A stretch of 64,000 nucleotides of DNA, taken from assembly GCA_965644265.1 (NCBI GenBank), contig OZ286463.1, forward strand, positions 27,404,001-27,468,000, written 5' to 3'. The stretch is from Glycera tridactyla (taxonomy: Eukaryota). The translations under genes were made by a program, and so were the position numbers. Shown here piece by piece: positions 1-13,290 of this stretch. Numbering within the stretch: the first letter of the stretch is position 1; every line of letters begins with the position of its first letter. The notes below the pieces were generated by a model that saw only the letters and a list, made by a program, of their open reading frames with translations, was not told where the DNA came from and did no database searches.

Positions 1-1080
1 CTTGTCTGTTTGGTTTCTGTTACTACCAAAGAAATAGCAACTCTCAATTTTTTTCACTGCAATTGAAGAACCAATGGCATCATTCGATTCAGACAGAATA
101 TTTTCCAGCAGAGGTCATCCCGAAATCAGCAGTATGCCTTTGAGGATTAGCACTCATCGTCTGCCCTGGAGCTCCAGATTTTCTACTCTTACACCAAGTT
201 TCTTGAATTCACGGGTCATGTCTTCGAATCTCTTCTCCCATTCCTGACTAATTTTGACATTTGTAGAGACACTCAGCGACCTGGATTTATCCATGGCATC
301 AGATAGCTCAGTGATGGTGTCAATCATCATTTCTGTCTGTTTGTCCATGTTTCTGATCATCGTGTTGGCTTGACTGAAGTTTTCCTGCAAGGATGTGACT
401 CCCATATTGGTCTACCCTGATTCCGGAGACAGCTTGCTAATACTAGCTCTGTTTTATTGAACTGAGTGTATCAGACATGGTGGCAAGCTGAGGTTGCACC
501 ACCTCTGTAAGGGCATGAATTTGATGATCACGTTTAGGCATGGTATTCTTGGATGCTGTTTTGTTCTGAAAAGTCAGATGGGCTTTTTAATAATTGGATT
601 CCGGAGATTTTGGATAGTCTCCCCTCTAAATCTGCCAAATTGGATGTTGTCCAGGTTAAATTTTCATTCATTGGAAATGCTCCTTTGAAGTGAAGGCAGT
701 CTTGACCTGATGTCATTTGGGTTGTAGGGAGAGGGATCCACAAGATCAGTTTCTCCTAGTTCTGTGATGTATTCTTTGGCTAACACCTGGAAGGAGCTGT
801 CATCATGACTCCGGGGTTCACCTGCTGTGTCGATTCTGTTTCCTTGTCCACACTGGATTGACTAGACTGGGCTTCCACTCGATGCCTGTGAGACATCATC
901 TTGTGACAAGTGTACAGCTGGGTGCAAGCAAGAATGACATGCGACTCATCCGTCATGTTTTCTATTTCAGCCTTGGTCAAATGAGATTTTTTTACATTTC
1001 TTGCCAGGTTTGTTGTATGAAGTTTCCTCATTGGAGACTTCATGTCTTTGTCTGGCTCTGCTAGGTGTGCTTCTCTTCAC
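1..1080 (-). pseudogene. Decayed LINE ORF1-like sequence (coiled coil followed by the start of an RRM-like region), running off the left edge
   Basis: ORF 154-405 is a heptad-rich coiled coil. It reads through a stop as ...RVENLELQGRR*VLILKGI, matching the 'LEqysRr.NlilkGip' coiled-coil/RRM junction of CR1/L1 ORF1 (compare DALQKIERMNVVIIEGLP in ORF 45429-47486). The upstream part is broken by stops and frameshifts. Confidence 0.55.
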
Positions 1081-1120
1081 AGAAGTGTGAATCTATAAGT
1101 TATCCCAAATCTGAAAGGGA

Positions 1121-2119
1121 TCATAACTTTGTTTTGAAAGAGGATAAATGATCACAATCTCTGCAATCCTGGGGTAGGGAGTATGAAACACCTCTATAAA
1201 TGAACCACTTGTCGATGGGGATTGTCAGAAATCTCCTATTTGAGCAAAGGGTCACTCTCTGCTGTTGCCCACTTCCAATTAATTTCGAAAATAGGCTCTT
1301 GATGTTATTTGAGCTCTCTCCTTCCGATATTCCAAAGAACTCTGAAATGCTGTCGACGGATGAGTCAATTTTGATAGATTGAGTAGCTCATTAGAACTGG
1401 TCCACTGGTCTTTACCTAGAGCAATCCTCATATCAGAATGTCCATCTAAATGGGTAGATTGTGTAAAAGCAAGTCCATCATAGATAATATCACAATAAGT
1501 GATAATAGGCAGAATTAGTGTTCTCAGCAGATATAGAGCAGTCTTGGTATCTATAAAGCTGCGTACCCATCAGAAAAGACACAGATGTTTATTCACTTTC
1601 TTTACTACATGATCAATATGCCCCTTGAATGATAATCTATGGGCGAGAATCACACCGAGATATTTCATAGACATCACACTTCCAAGCCCCAGTACTTTCT
1701 CATTCATAGAGGCAGATTGGAAAAGGGTATAGGTGCCAAGGTATATGGTCTTACTTTCGGACCGATTCAAATTTTTGTTTGGTTTGAGGTCAGCGGACAA
1801 TAATTCCTTGGCAGTAACAATATCATCCGCATGACAGCAGTATCAGCAGCATTCATAAAAGCCCTGGAATGCTGCAGGGAGGTCAACAAGTCATCAATAT
1901 GAAGGACAAATAACATTGGTCCCAATATAGATCCTTGCGGCACTTCAAAGCTAACGACATAAAAATCGGAGATATGCTCTTCATATTTGGTCGCCTGGCA
2001 TCTTTTGGATAAATAGGACTTGAACCAATGAAGACATAGGAATGAAGCTTATCTATCAAAATTTGATGATGAACTGTATCAAATGCCTCTGTCAGGTCCA
2101 GGAAAACCACCCCAAGCAT
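1121..2119 (-). mobile_element. CR1-clade LINE ORF2 3' fragment (RT and C-terminus), decayed
   Basis: Motifs GVVFLDLTEAFDTVHHQILIDKL (1883-2119) and KYLGVILAHRLSFKGHIDHVVKKV (1570-1800). C-terminal FIYRGVSYSLPQDCRDCDHLSSFKTKL* ends at 1121-1123. Confidence 0.85.
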
Positions 2120-2775
2120 GAATCACAATAGGTAGGAAAATTAGAGGATTTGACTTTCATGTTACCTGAACTTTGAGTATGTGTGATTGGCAGTGAATGG
2201 CTTCTGCACCCACTAGCCTACATTTACAGTGAAAAGAGCGATCTGATCATCTGAAAAAAGAGAACCGATATTCCAGTTGAGGCCAACATTCTTCACCTTG
2301 ATGCAATTAATCAAACTACACCATGTTTGTCATGAGGAACAAAATCAAATGTCAATTTGCAGTTATGTTAATACCCATGGTATTCATTCACCCTGGCTAG
2401 CTCTCTAAGCATATCTGTCATGAGTTTTGAATGATACTTCTGTAGTATTTGAATATATTGCAATAATTGTATGAGGTGTGATATGGTAATCAGCCTTGGT
2501 TTTTGGATGAAATTACACAAACTATTTCACTGATAGATATTTTTTTATTCGCATGTCATGTATCCATGTCTTGAATATGTTAGAGTATGAAAGAAAGCTT
2601 TTGAACTGAATCAGACCACATGGTAATTCAGTTCAGAAGCCCAAATCATCATCTTTTGTTATTGAAGTAGATATTTTGGTAGCTTACTTTGTCTCTACTT
2701 GCAGGCTTCCAGTCGCTGTGTGGCAGGCCATCAAGAAAACAGTCTTACTCAGTGTTTGCTTTCTTGTGGGTTACC

Positions 2776-5700
2776 ATGATGGGTCCTCCTCAAAGCAACG
2801 ACAATAGAATCCAGGTGAGCTGAATGACAATGTTCTCCCTTTTATCCACTCACTGCTCATTCTTTGTGAAATAATATTAATCATGTCCATTACAACATTC
2901 TCAGCAGGCACAATCCAACAGTGTCTGGGCTTTGCGATATGGGTGACAAAATTTGTTTCTACTCAAACCATTGGACACAACTATCAGCTTCAATGGGCAG
3001 AGAGTAATACTCAGATATGCATGAATGATGGTCTAAACGTTCATACAGCTATTTCATAATATATGTAAAAGAAAGAAGGTGGGAGTGTTCATCGACAATT
3101 TTGACATGCACACACTGGCAAGTAAATTCATATGAAATTGGAGACGCAGTGAATTTTCCAGTACAAGATGTCTATATGATCCCCGGTATGAATATATTTT
3201 CACAGGAGGCAGCTGATGTTAATTTCTTGACTCTCAATTTTCAGCTATTCAGATTTTATCATATTGAAATGAAGAGCAGAACGTTTAAATCACTGGCATT
3301 ACCTTTATAAATCAGAAAGGTGTCCATGGGACACAGATGCCTCTGCTGAGACCCTAACCTGAGTGAGCAACAAAGTTTTTGCACATAACATGTCGACTTC
3401 ATATGGTGATCACTTGTACCAATTTGTTTGAAAAGTTATGGGCTAGACAATAATTGACCAATCAAAGGCCACCATTTGGTGGGAACTGACCGAAACATGG
3501 TGAATTGTGCACACAAAATATCATCCTCATAAGATGATCATTTGCACCAATTTATTTGAAAATCCAGTCATGCATGGCAAACTTATGGGCCGGACATGAA
3601 TCGACCATTTGGCGTGAAATCACTCAAGCATGATGGTTCTTGCTCTGGACACATCAACCTTATGTGATGATCTTGTGTCCCAAGTCATAAGAGAATCCAG
3701 GCATGGATGGCGAAGTTATGGCCGGACATGAATTGACAAATTAGAGGCCACCATTTGGTGGAAAACCACTCAAACATGACAGTTCTTACCCATGACACAT
3801 TGCCTCCATATGACGATTATGTGCACCAAGTTTCATGAAAATCCAGTCATGGATGGCAAAGCTATGGGCGGGACAGGAATCAGCAAATCAGAGGCCAGCA
3901 TTTGGCAGGGAATCACTTAAGCATGAGGGTTTTTGCTCATGACACATCCTTTTCAAATGATGATCATGTGTACCAAGTTTTATGAAAATCTAGGCATGGA
4001 TGATGAAGGTATGGGCCAGACACAAAAATGATCTGACACACATACACACACAGACACACACAGACACACACACACACACACACACATGGACAGGGTAAAC
4101 ACTATATGCCATCCGCCACGATATGGCGGAGGCATAAAAATTCTTGCACAATTGATGGGACACTGATGGTGATTCTAGAAACCCACTAACTGGGTGGAGA
4201 TGATATAACAAGGAAAGCAGTGAATGAAATGTTTGTGACAGCTGATGACGATATTCTGTTCATGATCAGCTTTCAAAGAGCTGCTCATGACATTCTCAGT
4301 ATTCAGTAAATGTGTACTATTGTCAAATTTAGGTCAATGTGCACTCTAGTTGAATTCAGCTGGAGTTGAACTCCTGAGTTTTCATAGATTTGATCATTTT
4401 ATTTGGTAGCATGAACAGTAGGTGTCTTTCAATGACTGTGTCTGAGCAAGATGGAATGTCAAGGGCTTTTTCACTAAGTGGTTGAATTGAATGAGATTGC
4501 TATTTTGTTACTGAATAAAATGCGATCAGACAATTTGATTTGACAAGAAGAGAATTTTAGTTATCATAGTTTCTGGATCATTATTTTTCAAATTACATTC
4601 CGGGTCACACATTAGTGTGAAATTGGATTGAAATGAAATACACACTGTTCTTATCAGAACATAATATCACCTCAAAGCTGTTCTGAAAAGTGATCTGGTG
4701 AAGTCGGCTCGATGCCAATGGACCAAAGATGATGTCATGTTTCAAACAGCTGAACTTAAGATTCTAAGGAAACCACACAGGGGATGAGAAATGGAGCACA
4801 GCTCCAAGTGCACATGGTCAATTGAAGCTATTATCCAACTTGACACCTAACCAGGCATTCCATCATTTCTGATTCACTTGGACGGTGTCCAAGATGTCAA
4901 CAATCTGTCACATGATGTAAACGACCCTTTGCTTGATAAACATGTCCATAAGTGACAAGACAAATATATTAAAATACATTACAGTGAATCTCATGACACT
5001 GCAGCATTTTTCATTACCCTTCAACAGGTCCACCTTATCTCTGACAGCATTCTCAAATACATGCCAGCATTTGTGGAAGGATGTGAATTCACAGTGGATG
5101 CATATCCGGGTGCCAAGATTGATACAATCAAGCAAGGTAAGTGTCCTATCATCTTGCCTTGAACACCATTAGTACTGATTTCCAGAAACCAGGAGTTGCC
5201 TGTATATCATACTGGGAACTTACCCCCCCCCCCCCTCCCCGCACACAGACACAAACACATTGAGAAATCAATAGGCCTATGACACCTGAGCTTATTGGAA
5301 AAGCAGTTCATCCATGATCTGCCAATTTTTGTTTGCTGAGTCTGGATATCGATTTCAATTAACAAGTTCACAACTGCTCATAATCATCCTCTTCAAACAA
5401 TTACTGTGTGATGATGACAAACAATTTGTCAGTCGAAAAACAATGCATGAGAAAGATGATATGTGTCAAACTTCAAACTTGTGTCGTTAGGCAGTACTTT
5501 TGACAAGGACATCAAATATTGTCTCAGGGAGCTCATGAAGCATATACTCTGACCATAATATACTGACCCCTAGAGTTTGAATATCTACTTTTATTTAGGA
5601 TCTATCAATAGGAAAGAAAGTATGAACACAAAATTATAATATGTTGTGAATGGTGATTTCCAATACCACCTATATTTCACGATACAGCTTAAGTAACATT

Positions 5701-8700
5701 GGAGGGTTTAATTCAGGGAATTCAGGGCTCCACGTTGTGAGCCACAGGTAACCAATCACAAGTGCATATTAAGGATGCTAGTGAAGAAATATTTCGGTTG
5801 CAAGCTCGTGAATACCAATCAAATTACAGACAATTGCGATTGCTTTCACAATAAACAAATGAATACCATGATGTGAACATATATTTTTCCTGGTGACCAC
5901 CATCTTGTCTCCTCGGAAAATGAACCATGTGTCCTTAGAAATTGCAGCGCATGAGCATGATATAGTTGTAGTGAATATGGAGCATGAGAAACCAGGATGC
6001 CTTAATGGCATGATCTAAAGATAGCTGTTCTCTGCATGGATTATGCAAATGAGGGTGTTTCCGTCTGAATCCATGCATAATTGTGCCTTGCATCTCTTTA
6101 AGGTGTTTATTAGGCAAACTGTAATGATCTACCATCGCTTTGATGCGAGATCACATTGTATTATGAAACTAGGAATGTATGCCAAAAAGAAGGATGCCTG
6201 GTAGCTCACATCTCCTCTGCTAGTGAGTGTGAGAGAAATCAATTTGAATTTCCACATTCATTCAGTCCACCAGCTGCTCACTTTGTCGAAATGGGGATAT
6301 CTTACCCTCAAAACCCAATCATCGAAAATGTGATTTCACTCATAAATCCCCGAATCATACAATCATTTATGCCTCCCATGATTGAAATGCTTCCATGTAT
6401 ATCTAATGAACCATAAGTTTAAAATGAACAGAAAAAGGTAGAGACTATTCATATCATTAGCGATGTCAACCTGATGGCAAGCCAAAATCAATCATGAGCT
6501 GGCAAGAAATTTCTATAGGAAGAAATCATTTTCAAGTAAGATAGACTCATAGAGAGCTATCCAAGTAATCTATGCAAAGCAGACAGGCTTTCACAACAAC
6601 CATACACGATTTCATGGAAATCCGAGCAGTTCATCCCCTTCAATCGGCAATCCCAAAAAAGTTTTAGAATTTGTTCCATTTTTTGTCATCTAAACTGCAG
6701 TCCCAAACATGAGTGATAAGAGGAAGGATGCCTGCCTGAAAACACAACTGAGTTATGGTGGAGATTCCATGGAAATCCGAGCAGTTCATCCCTTTCAATT
6801 GAATATCCCAAAAAAGTTTTAGAATTTGTTCCATTTTTTGTCATCTAAACTGCAGTTCCAAACATGAGTGATAAGAGGAAGGATGCCTGCCTGAAAACAC
6901 AACTAAGTTATAGTGGAGAGCTTGAATGAAGGCATTTTGACAAATTTTAAACAGATATGTTAGTATTCAATATAGTAGGCCATAATGCAGTGACACAGAG
7001 GTCTATTTGTGGCTCACAGCAAGGACCGCACCCTGAGATTCCTAAAGGGAGGATAGTCACTAGCCATCTGATCTATGGTGTATTTACATTGACAGCAGCC
7101 GAGGTGGGGACAATGTGTTGGTGGTGGTGGTGATGGTTGAATCATATGGACCAGGCCTGTGGGGCTGAAATGGTCAGCAGCAAGAGTGTTAACATTTGAG
7201 TGTGTAAGTGAGTGGCTGTCGGTGTGGGAAGTTGAGGGGAGGGGGGGGGGTTAGGTGGGGGGGGGGGTATGCTGGTTGGTAAGTAGTTGGCTAGGTTTGT
7301 AGATGGATAGGTAGGTAGGTCGTTGGGTAGGAAAGCTGTTTGTTGGGACTCCTAAAATCCGGGAAGGGACTCCTAAGTTGGAGACTCTTCGAGTCCATGG
7401 GGCTCTGAAATATTTGGCTAAAACATCTTAGCAGAACACAAACCAGGCTATATTCCGATACAATTTAAGATGTGATGAATGCAATTTGGCCAAAACTGAC
7501 ATGGCTACGAAATCATGAAAATTATCACCTCCAAGCTACCAAAGAAAAAAGAACTGGCTAACGAAAAAGTAGCTTCCGATTTTTTTCTAACTTAGAGCCC
7601 CGGGAATGGATGAAAATCGCTCAGATCATCTACATTCGAGGACTAATGGTCAAAATGAGAAAATAAATCATGAATGATACAGTTCGAGCAAACACAGCAA
7701 ATCCTAAGAACCAGAGCTGCTGTCTCGAATTTCAGTCAAAAACTTCAGAGAATGTCAATTTGATACATGACAGGATGCTTGTATCATCATTTGCTGCCAG
7801 CCTGTCGAGAATGCTATTAGAAATTGATGGAGCATGGAAACAACTTTGCGCTCATGTGCAGTATCATATTCCAGTCAAAAAACAACTCCTATTAACAAAT
7901 TATCAGACTTAGATTCGAATTGGTAGCAGCAGTGATATCTCACCTCCAATCCATGCCCCATGGTGCAAACAATGTCGTAACACACAGATACAACTTGCAG
8001 TGCCACACTGACATGAGACTTATGGTAGAATGCATCCAGGAGCTAGCCATTGTCCAGTGTGCCATGGTTACCATCTTGGCTCTATTGAGATGGTCATGCA
8101 ATGGTCATGAATGAGGTCATTCAAGACTACCCTTTCTTGGTTGCCAACATAATGTGTACATATATAAAACTGACGGATGGTTGCTACATCTTGTTGGCAG
8201 CATGTTGTGTATTGAGAGGCCCATCTAATGAGGATGGGTAAAATTATTCATGACTACTACTTGCAGGGTCCACACTGAAGTTGAACTTTCATGAAATTCA
8301 CACTCTCAAACTATCATTTGTGACTGGACTCATTGCTGTATTGCTACTGAGTCATTCGACTTTGGGAAGAGTACGAGGTAGTTAGTTGGTTGCTTGGTTC
8401 TGGTTTAACGTCACGTCAGCACCATCTGGGCATTATTGTGATACCCATGCAATGGGCATGGGTGGGACCTTCCAAGACTCCTTCTGGGTCCCCAATGGAA
8501 GATGAAATGATATGAAAATCAAAGACACACAAGGTGCCATCTGAGAGTATGACGTAAAGATATCCATCGGCTCATGTGTGTAAGACATGTATCATAGTCA
8601 TATGGAAGGGATGATGGATGATAGGAAGTTGGGGCCATCCTGCTCAGTCATATACTTCACTGGCTATGGTGCATCACCACAAGTTGATCAACATGGATGA

Positions 8701-10725
8701 TATCTTACTTTGTGATATGCTCATTTAATATTCCAGCTGTATGTTCCTCAGCATATCACATCGACAATGGAGCTGATGTTATTTGGATACATGTTGGAAC
8801 CAACAACCTACCGGCTCTTCTTCCCAATAAATTCGAGGATACTGCATGGGAACACATCCAGCTGGCGCAAGCACTTCACCAGAAGTACAATAGAATGGTC
8901 ATCATCGGCGAGGTACTTGGAAGAAGGTAAATTAGGATCTGTCTGCACTTTATGTTTTTTAAATGTACATAGTTGTTCCTATTCAATGTAAGTTTATATA
9001 TGTAGAAGATGAACATGGTAGGTAATGGTGCATTGGATAAATGCACCATTACCAGCTATATCAGATATAGTGAGAACATATTAGCCCATGCATCGGATGA
9101 ATCCTATGATTTATACAGCAGCAAATAGGATTAATCACTAATATGCAGGCCTTGTCCAGCAATCATAGGGCTCCCAATATTGTCAAGCTGGTTTGCAGTT
9201 GACATTCCACAAATGAAGACGTCATTGAGGTATCTCTATAGTGTGTTGCATTTCCTCCCCAGCTTTGTTCAAGAGCATCACAATTAGCTACGAGTGTCAG
9301 CTTCGAGCTAGTATTATAACTTCATATGCCATCATTGGATTTACAGGTCAATGATGAGTGTGTACTGATAGCTTGTTTCACAACATTTCAAGTTTCTCAT
9401 CATATAATGTTTGTAGTTTATGAGAGTGATGCCATCAAAGGGCAGATCACACATCTTGCAAAGACCAGGAACACAACAGTGCTTTGTCACATGATCTGAT
9501 CATGCTGTTCAACCTCCATCAATTATTCTGACTTCAGAGACTGTTATGAGGTGTCGGCCAAGTTGTATAACTCACACCTACGGAAACTACACAAGATGGT
9601 TGCAGATCCAGAACAGATTCGCTTGGTCAGTTATGTTGCATTTGAACAGCCATGGTCAGACAGACTGCTTTCGTGAGTATTTCTCTCTCTACATATGAGG
9701 AATTTGATTGTTTGCTTTTTAAGGGCTCTAGTAAGAAAGCTTGCCCTACTGGCATATGCTCAGGCAAGTGATTTCGCCCATACTCGATGGTCAAATCTTC
9801 AGTCCTCACCCACCAGGAAATCCACCTCACCTGGTTCAAACACAAAGTACCACCTGCTCTCTTAGATTGGCTCTACTAATGAGTGATAAGTATAAAAATG
9901 GGAATTTAATATTGCTGTTTGCCTGATGCTCTATTGGTGCTTTGACCAGAATACAACTTTCATGGGTTACTCAAGCAGTGAAAAGGTTTGGCACAAAACA
10001 CAATGGTATTTCACATTTTATGTAGGACAAACATGATTGTAAAAATTGTCTCAAGTTGGCAGGATGTGGATGAATGGATGTCTTTCCTGAACCCTTTCAA
10101 AAAGCATCCATATTGGGCCCATCTGTCAGCTTACAAGTGATATGGATATACCTGTATAGATTGATTGATTCATTGCTATTTCTTCATCTGTGTTTGTCTA
10201 TGAACATACATACAATATATTTAGTACATGGTAGAGTCTCTAGGTAGATAAACCAATGTCATTACTGCTTTGTTTTCAATATAAAATTGATTTTCAACTA
10301 AAATAAATGGTAGTTCAAACAAATGAATGAGTGAGAATGTGAATTTGATGATATGTCAGCAAAAGAGTAATGGGTGATCATATAATATTGAAAAAATAAA
10401 GACACATGATGTACAAAATGGGTAAGTGATTGTTTGAGAAAATGAAATGAGAACAATGAAGTATAACCACATTTTTTGGACTTGGTCTTTGCTAAATATT
10501 CATATATATGTCCCTTGTTGATTAGAAGGGTTTAAGCACCATCATGAGAGCCATGGAAAGAGTGATTGTTAAAGCATAAATACATGCATTTCTGTTGACA
10601 GCAAGGCCGATCAGTTGCATCCTTCTAGGAACGGCAATGAAGTTCTCCATTCATTCATCGCCAAAGTCATAGAACATGAGATGGAGAGAAATTTCGAACT
10701 TGAACAAGCTGCATGGCATCAGTAA
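2776..10725 (+). CDS. Spliced SGNH (GDSL-like) hydrolase gene. Exons 2776-2814, 5028-5136, 8737-8926, 9538-9672, 10602-10725; 198 aa if it ends at TAA 10723-10725
   Basis: All four introns are GT-AG with compatible phases (0,1,2,2): cag|gtgagc, tcaacag|, aag|gtaagt, ttccag|, aag|gtaaat, cttcag|, tc|gtgagt, ttgacag|. The joined product is MMGPPQSNDNRIQVHLISDSILKY...YPGAKID...DVIWIHVGTNNL...VIIGEVLGRR...KADQLHPSRNGNEVL, giving SGNH blocks I, II, III and V in order. The first exon (acceptor before 2705) is open upstream of the ATG, so the N-terminus could be longer. Confidence 0.85.
3309..4140 (+). mobile_element. HINE-like (Helentron-associated, pearl/DTC84-type) non-autonomous element
   Basis: 5' short hairpin tgtccatgggaca with sub-terminal atgcctctgc. 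About 5 tandem core repeats of ~130-147 bp (tgcaccaagtttcatgaaaatccag...). (CA)n/(CAGA) microsatellite at 4040-4086. 3' hairpin atgccatccgcca-cgata-tggcggaggcat at 4106-4135, whose right arm is inverted to the 5' motif, followed by aaaaa-tt. Confidence 0.8.
6608..6917. repeat. Two-copy tandem duplication, ~155-bp unit
   Basis: gatttcatggaaatccgagcagttcatccc...gagttatggtgga starts at 6608 and again at 6763 with few mismatches. Confidence 0.9.
7399..7601. mobile_element. Small MITE-like element with terminal inverted repeats
   Basis: ggggctctgaa at 7399-7409 and ttagagcccc at 7592-7601 are inverted. No clear TSD. Confidence 0.45.
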
Positions 10726-12179
10726 GTAGATCATAATGCTGATTTGTAGGCCAAATGCTCATATTCCGAGTAACTGACTTCAGGTGTTGAAATTGGTATC
10801 CAATATCACCAGTATTCATAGTGGATTGCATGAAAATTGATCTTTCCAAATCAAATCACTCACCAGATGATTGAGTATTGAACATATTGCAAAGAATCAG
10901 AAGATGCTTGTGAAATGCTGTGAAAAAACCATTGACAGTCCAAATGTGAGCATTTGGTCGAAGAGGACAGCTTTTTTGCAGTCTGAATGGTCCTTTGCGA
11001 TTTATCTGCCAAAATGCAATTTCAGGAAAGATCCCGTCGAACATTAATCATGACCCAGGCTTCCATTCCAGTTCATCGCATCATGACCACTCAACCATCC
11101 AACAATTCACATATCTACCCACTAATTCACCCATTCATTGTATCATATTTATTTGCTGAAGAAATGTGATCATGTACATGTTTAGGTAAGATACACCAAA
11201 TCAAAATTGCATGCCAGTTTTTGCAGAGGAGTGAGGAGGAATGACTCAGTTGTTGACACTTCTGCATGATTGTACCTGAAGAAAGTATCATTGCATGATC
11301 AAGTCAAGTAGAACAGGGATATTGAATCTTTGTGAAAATCACTTCAAAGCTGTCCATTATTATTGACATCGCATTGATAGCAACAGTGCCAAATAAACGG
11401 ACAAACAGCATTCCAATGTAGCTAGCTTCTCACAGACCAGTGGTTGACTTGATGTAAGCTTTCCCCCCCCTTCCATTACCAAAGTGGGAGGCTCAGGCCT
11501 TGATATTTATAAACAATCAATCAATGAACCTGATCAGAGTTGTCTTGTAGGTCCATCAAGACCAAGGTCCATTATACACTTTTACTTGCATTTTAGAATG
11601 TACATATGTATGGTGTAGTGGTAGCGTATCAATACTTGACCTGAATGTGAAACAGCTATGGCTGCAGCTAGTCATGGGATGGACAACCACAGCTGGGTTG
11701 TGAGAATGCCTCACCAGTGTGGGTGAACCATACACTACCCTAATAGTCACAGACCACTAGAGTATTCTCAGCCCTCAGTGTTGTATTCTGAACACAGGCA
11801 TGAGCCACATCCAACCAGGGTTTGGGGATGGTGTGAGTGCCTATCTGAGATCTGAAAAGAATGGTCTTCGGTTACCAGTGGTGTTATGAAAAGTGGATAC
11901 AAAAACCAGCTACACTGATACAACTCCTCAGCATACACCCACATGCAAGCACAAAAAATCAATCACAGGAAGAGGGTTGCACCTCCCAAGATTAGACCTG
12001 TTACCAATAAATAGCTAACAGCAGTACTGGGAAGATCAGAGCCTTCAGACTGACAGTGATATTGGACTAAGATCAGTCAAAACAGTCAAAAAAACAAACA
12101 TCTGATACAGACATACGACTTTATAATAAAATCATTGTTGTTGTTGGTGCTACCACTGCTGTTCTTGTTATATGCATAC

Positions 12180-12282
12180 TCATATATATCATATGAATAT
12201 ATATATATACATAAATACCACATACATACATACATACACACATACACACATGCACATATACATACACACATACAAATACACA
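12180..12282. repeat. Compound (TA)/(CATA)/(CA) microsatellite
   Basis: atatatat...catacatacatacaca...cacatacaaatacaca. Confidence 0.9.
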
Positions 12283-12745
12283 TAGATACTGAAGGTGCAA
12301 TCTTCTGTACCACATACAGGTTCTTAATTGGTGAATGTTCGAGCCTTGAGAAGTCTCGACAACGCTTCGCACGTTATCTTCAACAGAAAAAAAGGTGAGA
12401 AATTTCTTGACTTGTCATTGTGTTTTGATTGTGAGATCGATCCAAAGAGACCAACATGGGTGATATCAGGTGAAATCACCAATGAAATGGTCACATCTTA
12501 CCCATGTTTTGGTCATGAATCAAAGAAAAGGAATCTCAGAAAGAAGAATGGTCGTCGACTTATAGTGGAGAGGTGGTAATTTCAAAGGGAAAGAGAGAGA
12601 GAACTAATGCCTGAATATTTCAACTTTTGTCGGGGTCGTGAAGAGTGGTCTCATCATGTTTTGTCTGCAACCCGGCGAGGTACCTGCTCGACGATCCAGA
12701 GTTTGTGGGGAGGCCAATTGTCACTTTACAGTCTGATTCTCATAC

Positions 12746-13290
12746 CCAGGTCTCAGACAACCCCCTAATTTGCCAACCTTAAATCTGTCAATTGAGCTGT
12801 ATTGGCCAATTGACCAATGCCACTCATTTGACCAACGCCTGAATAAGAGCGGATTTTCGCCGTTAGAAATTTATTTCATTATGAAAAAACCCTCGCAACT
12901 GGAGAGAAGGTGTAATGATCATCAAACATGAGGAATTTTGAGGATACCGGTCTCATTTATGAGTGCTGGTAACGAATTTTTCGAGTGACAATAATCCCGA
13001 AACTCCACCTTCCTCCAGTTTTTCCTCTGCGCACAAAATTGAGATTTTTCATATGCATGAAGAAAACAATGCCCCTTTGATTGCATGTATTACATTTTGT
13101 ATTCTATGTATTCTTTTTTCTATATCATGGCCAAAAGTCGCCAAAATTGGATGTAAACAATGACTGCCATCTAGCCTGTTAGGAATCTGTATACCGCATT
13201 TATAGCTTTAGCAATTGAGTGACATGGTCAAAGAGTGAGCCGCTGAATCTAACCGTGGTCACCCGGCAATTTGGCGATTGTCATGGAGGG
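12746..13290. mobile_element. Possible decayed hAT-like MITE
   Basis: Imperfect inverted repeat: gacaaccccctaatttgcc (12756-12774) versus ggcaatttggcgattgtc (13265-13282). Internal tcgcca/ttggc motifs. Confidence 0.35.

Noticed and set aside
3410-4030. Regularly spaced repeats that might suggest CRISPR
   Set aside because: The units are contiguous 130-147 bp tandem repeats without unique spacers. The context is eukaryotic and there are no cas genes.
10982-11159. Phase-compatible open segment after a ttttttgcag acceptor (HLNGPLRFICQ...)
   Set aside because: It could be an alternative last exon of the SGNH gene, but there is no domain or donor support, so it was not called.
12086-12398. Overlapping ORFs rich in CVCV/HTHT (similar cases at 3990-4211 and 20547-20804)
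   Set aside because: Microsatellite translations.
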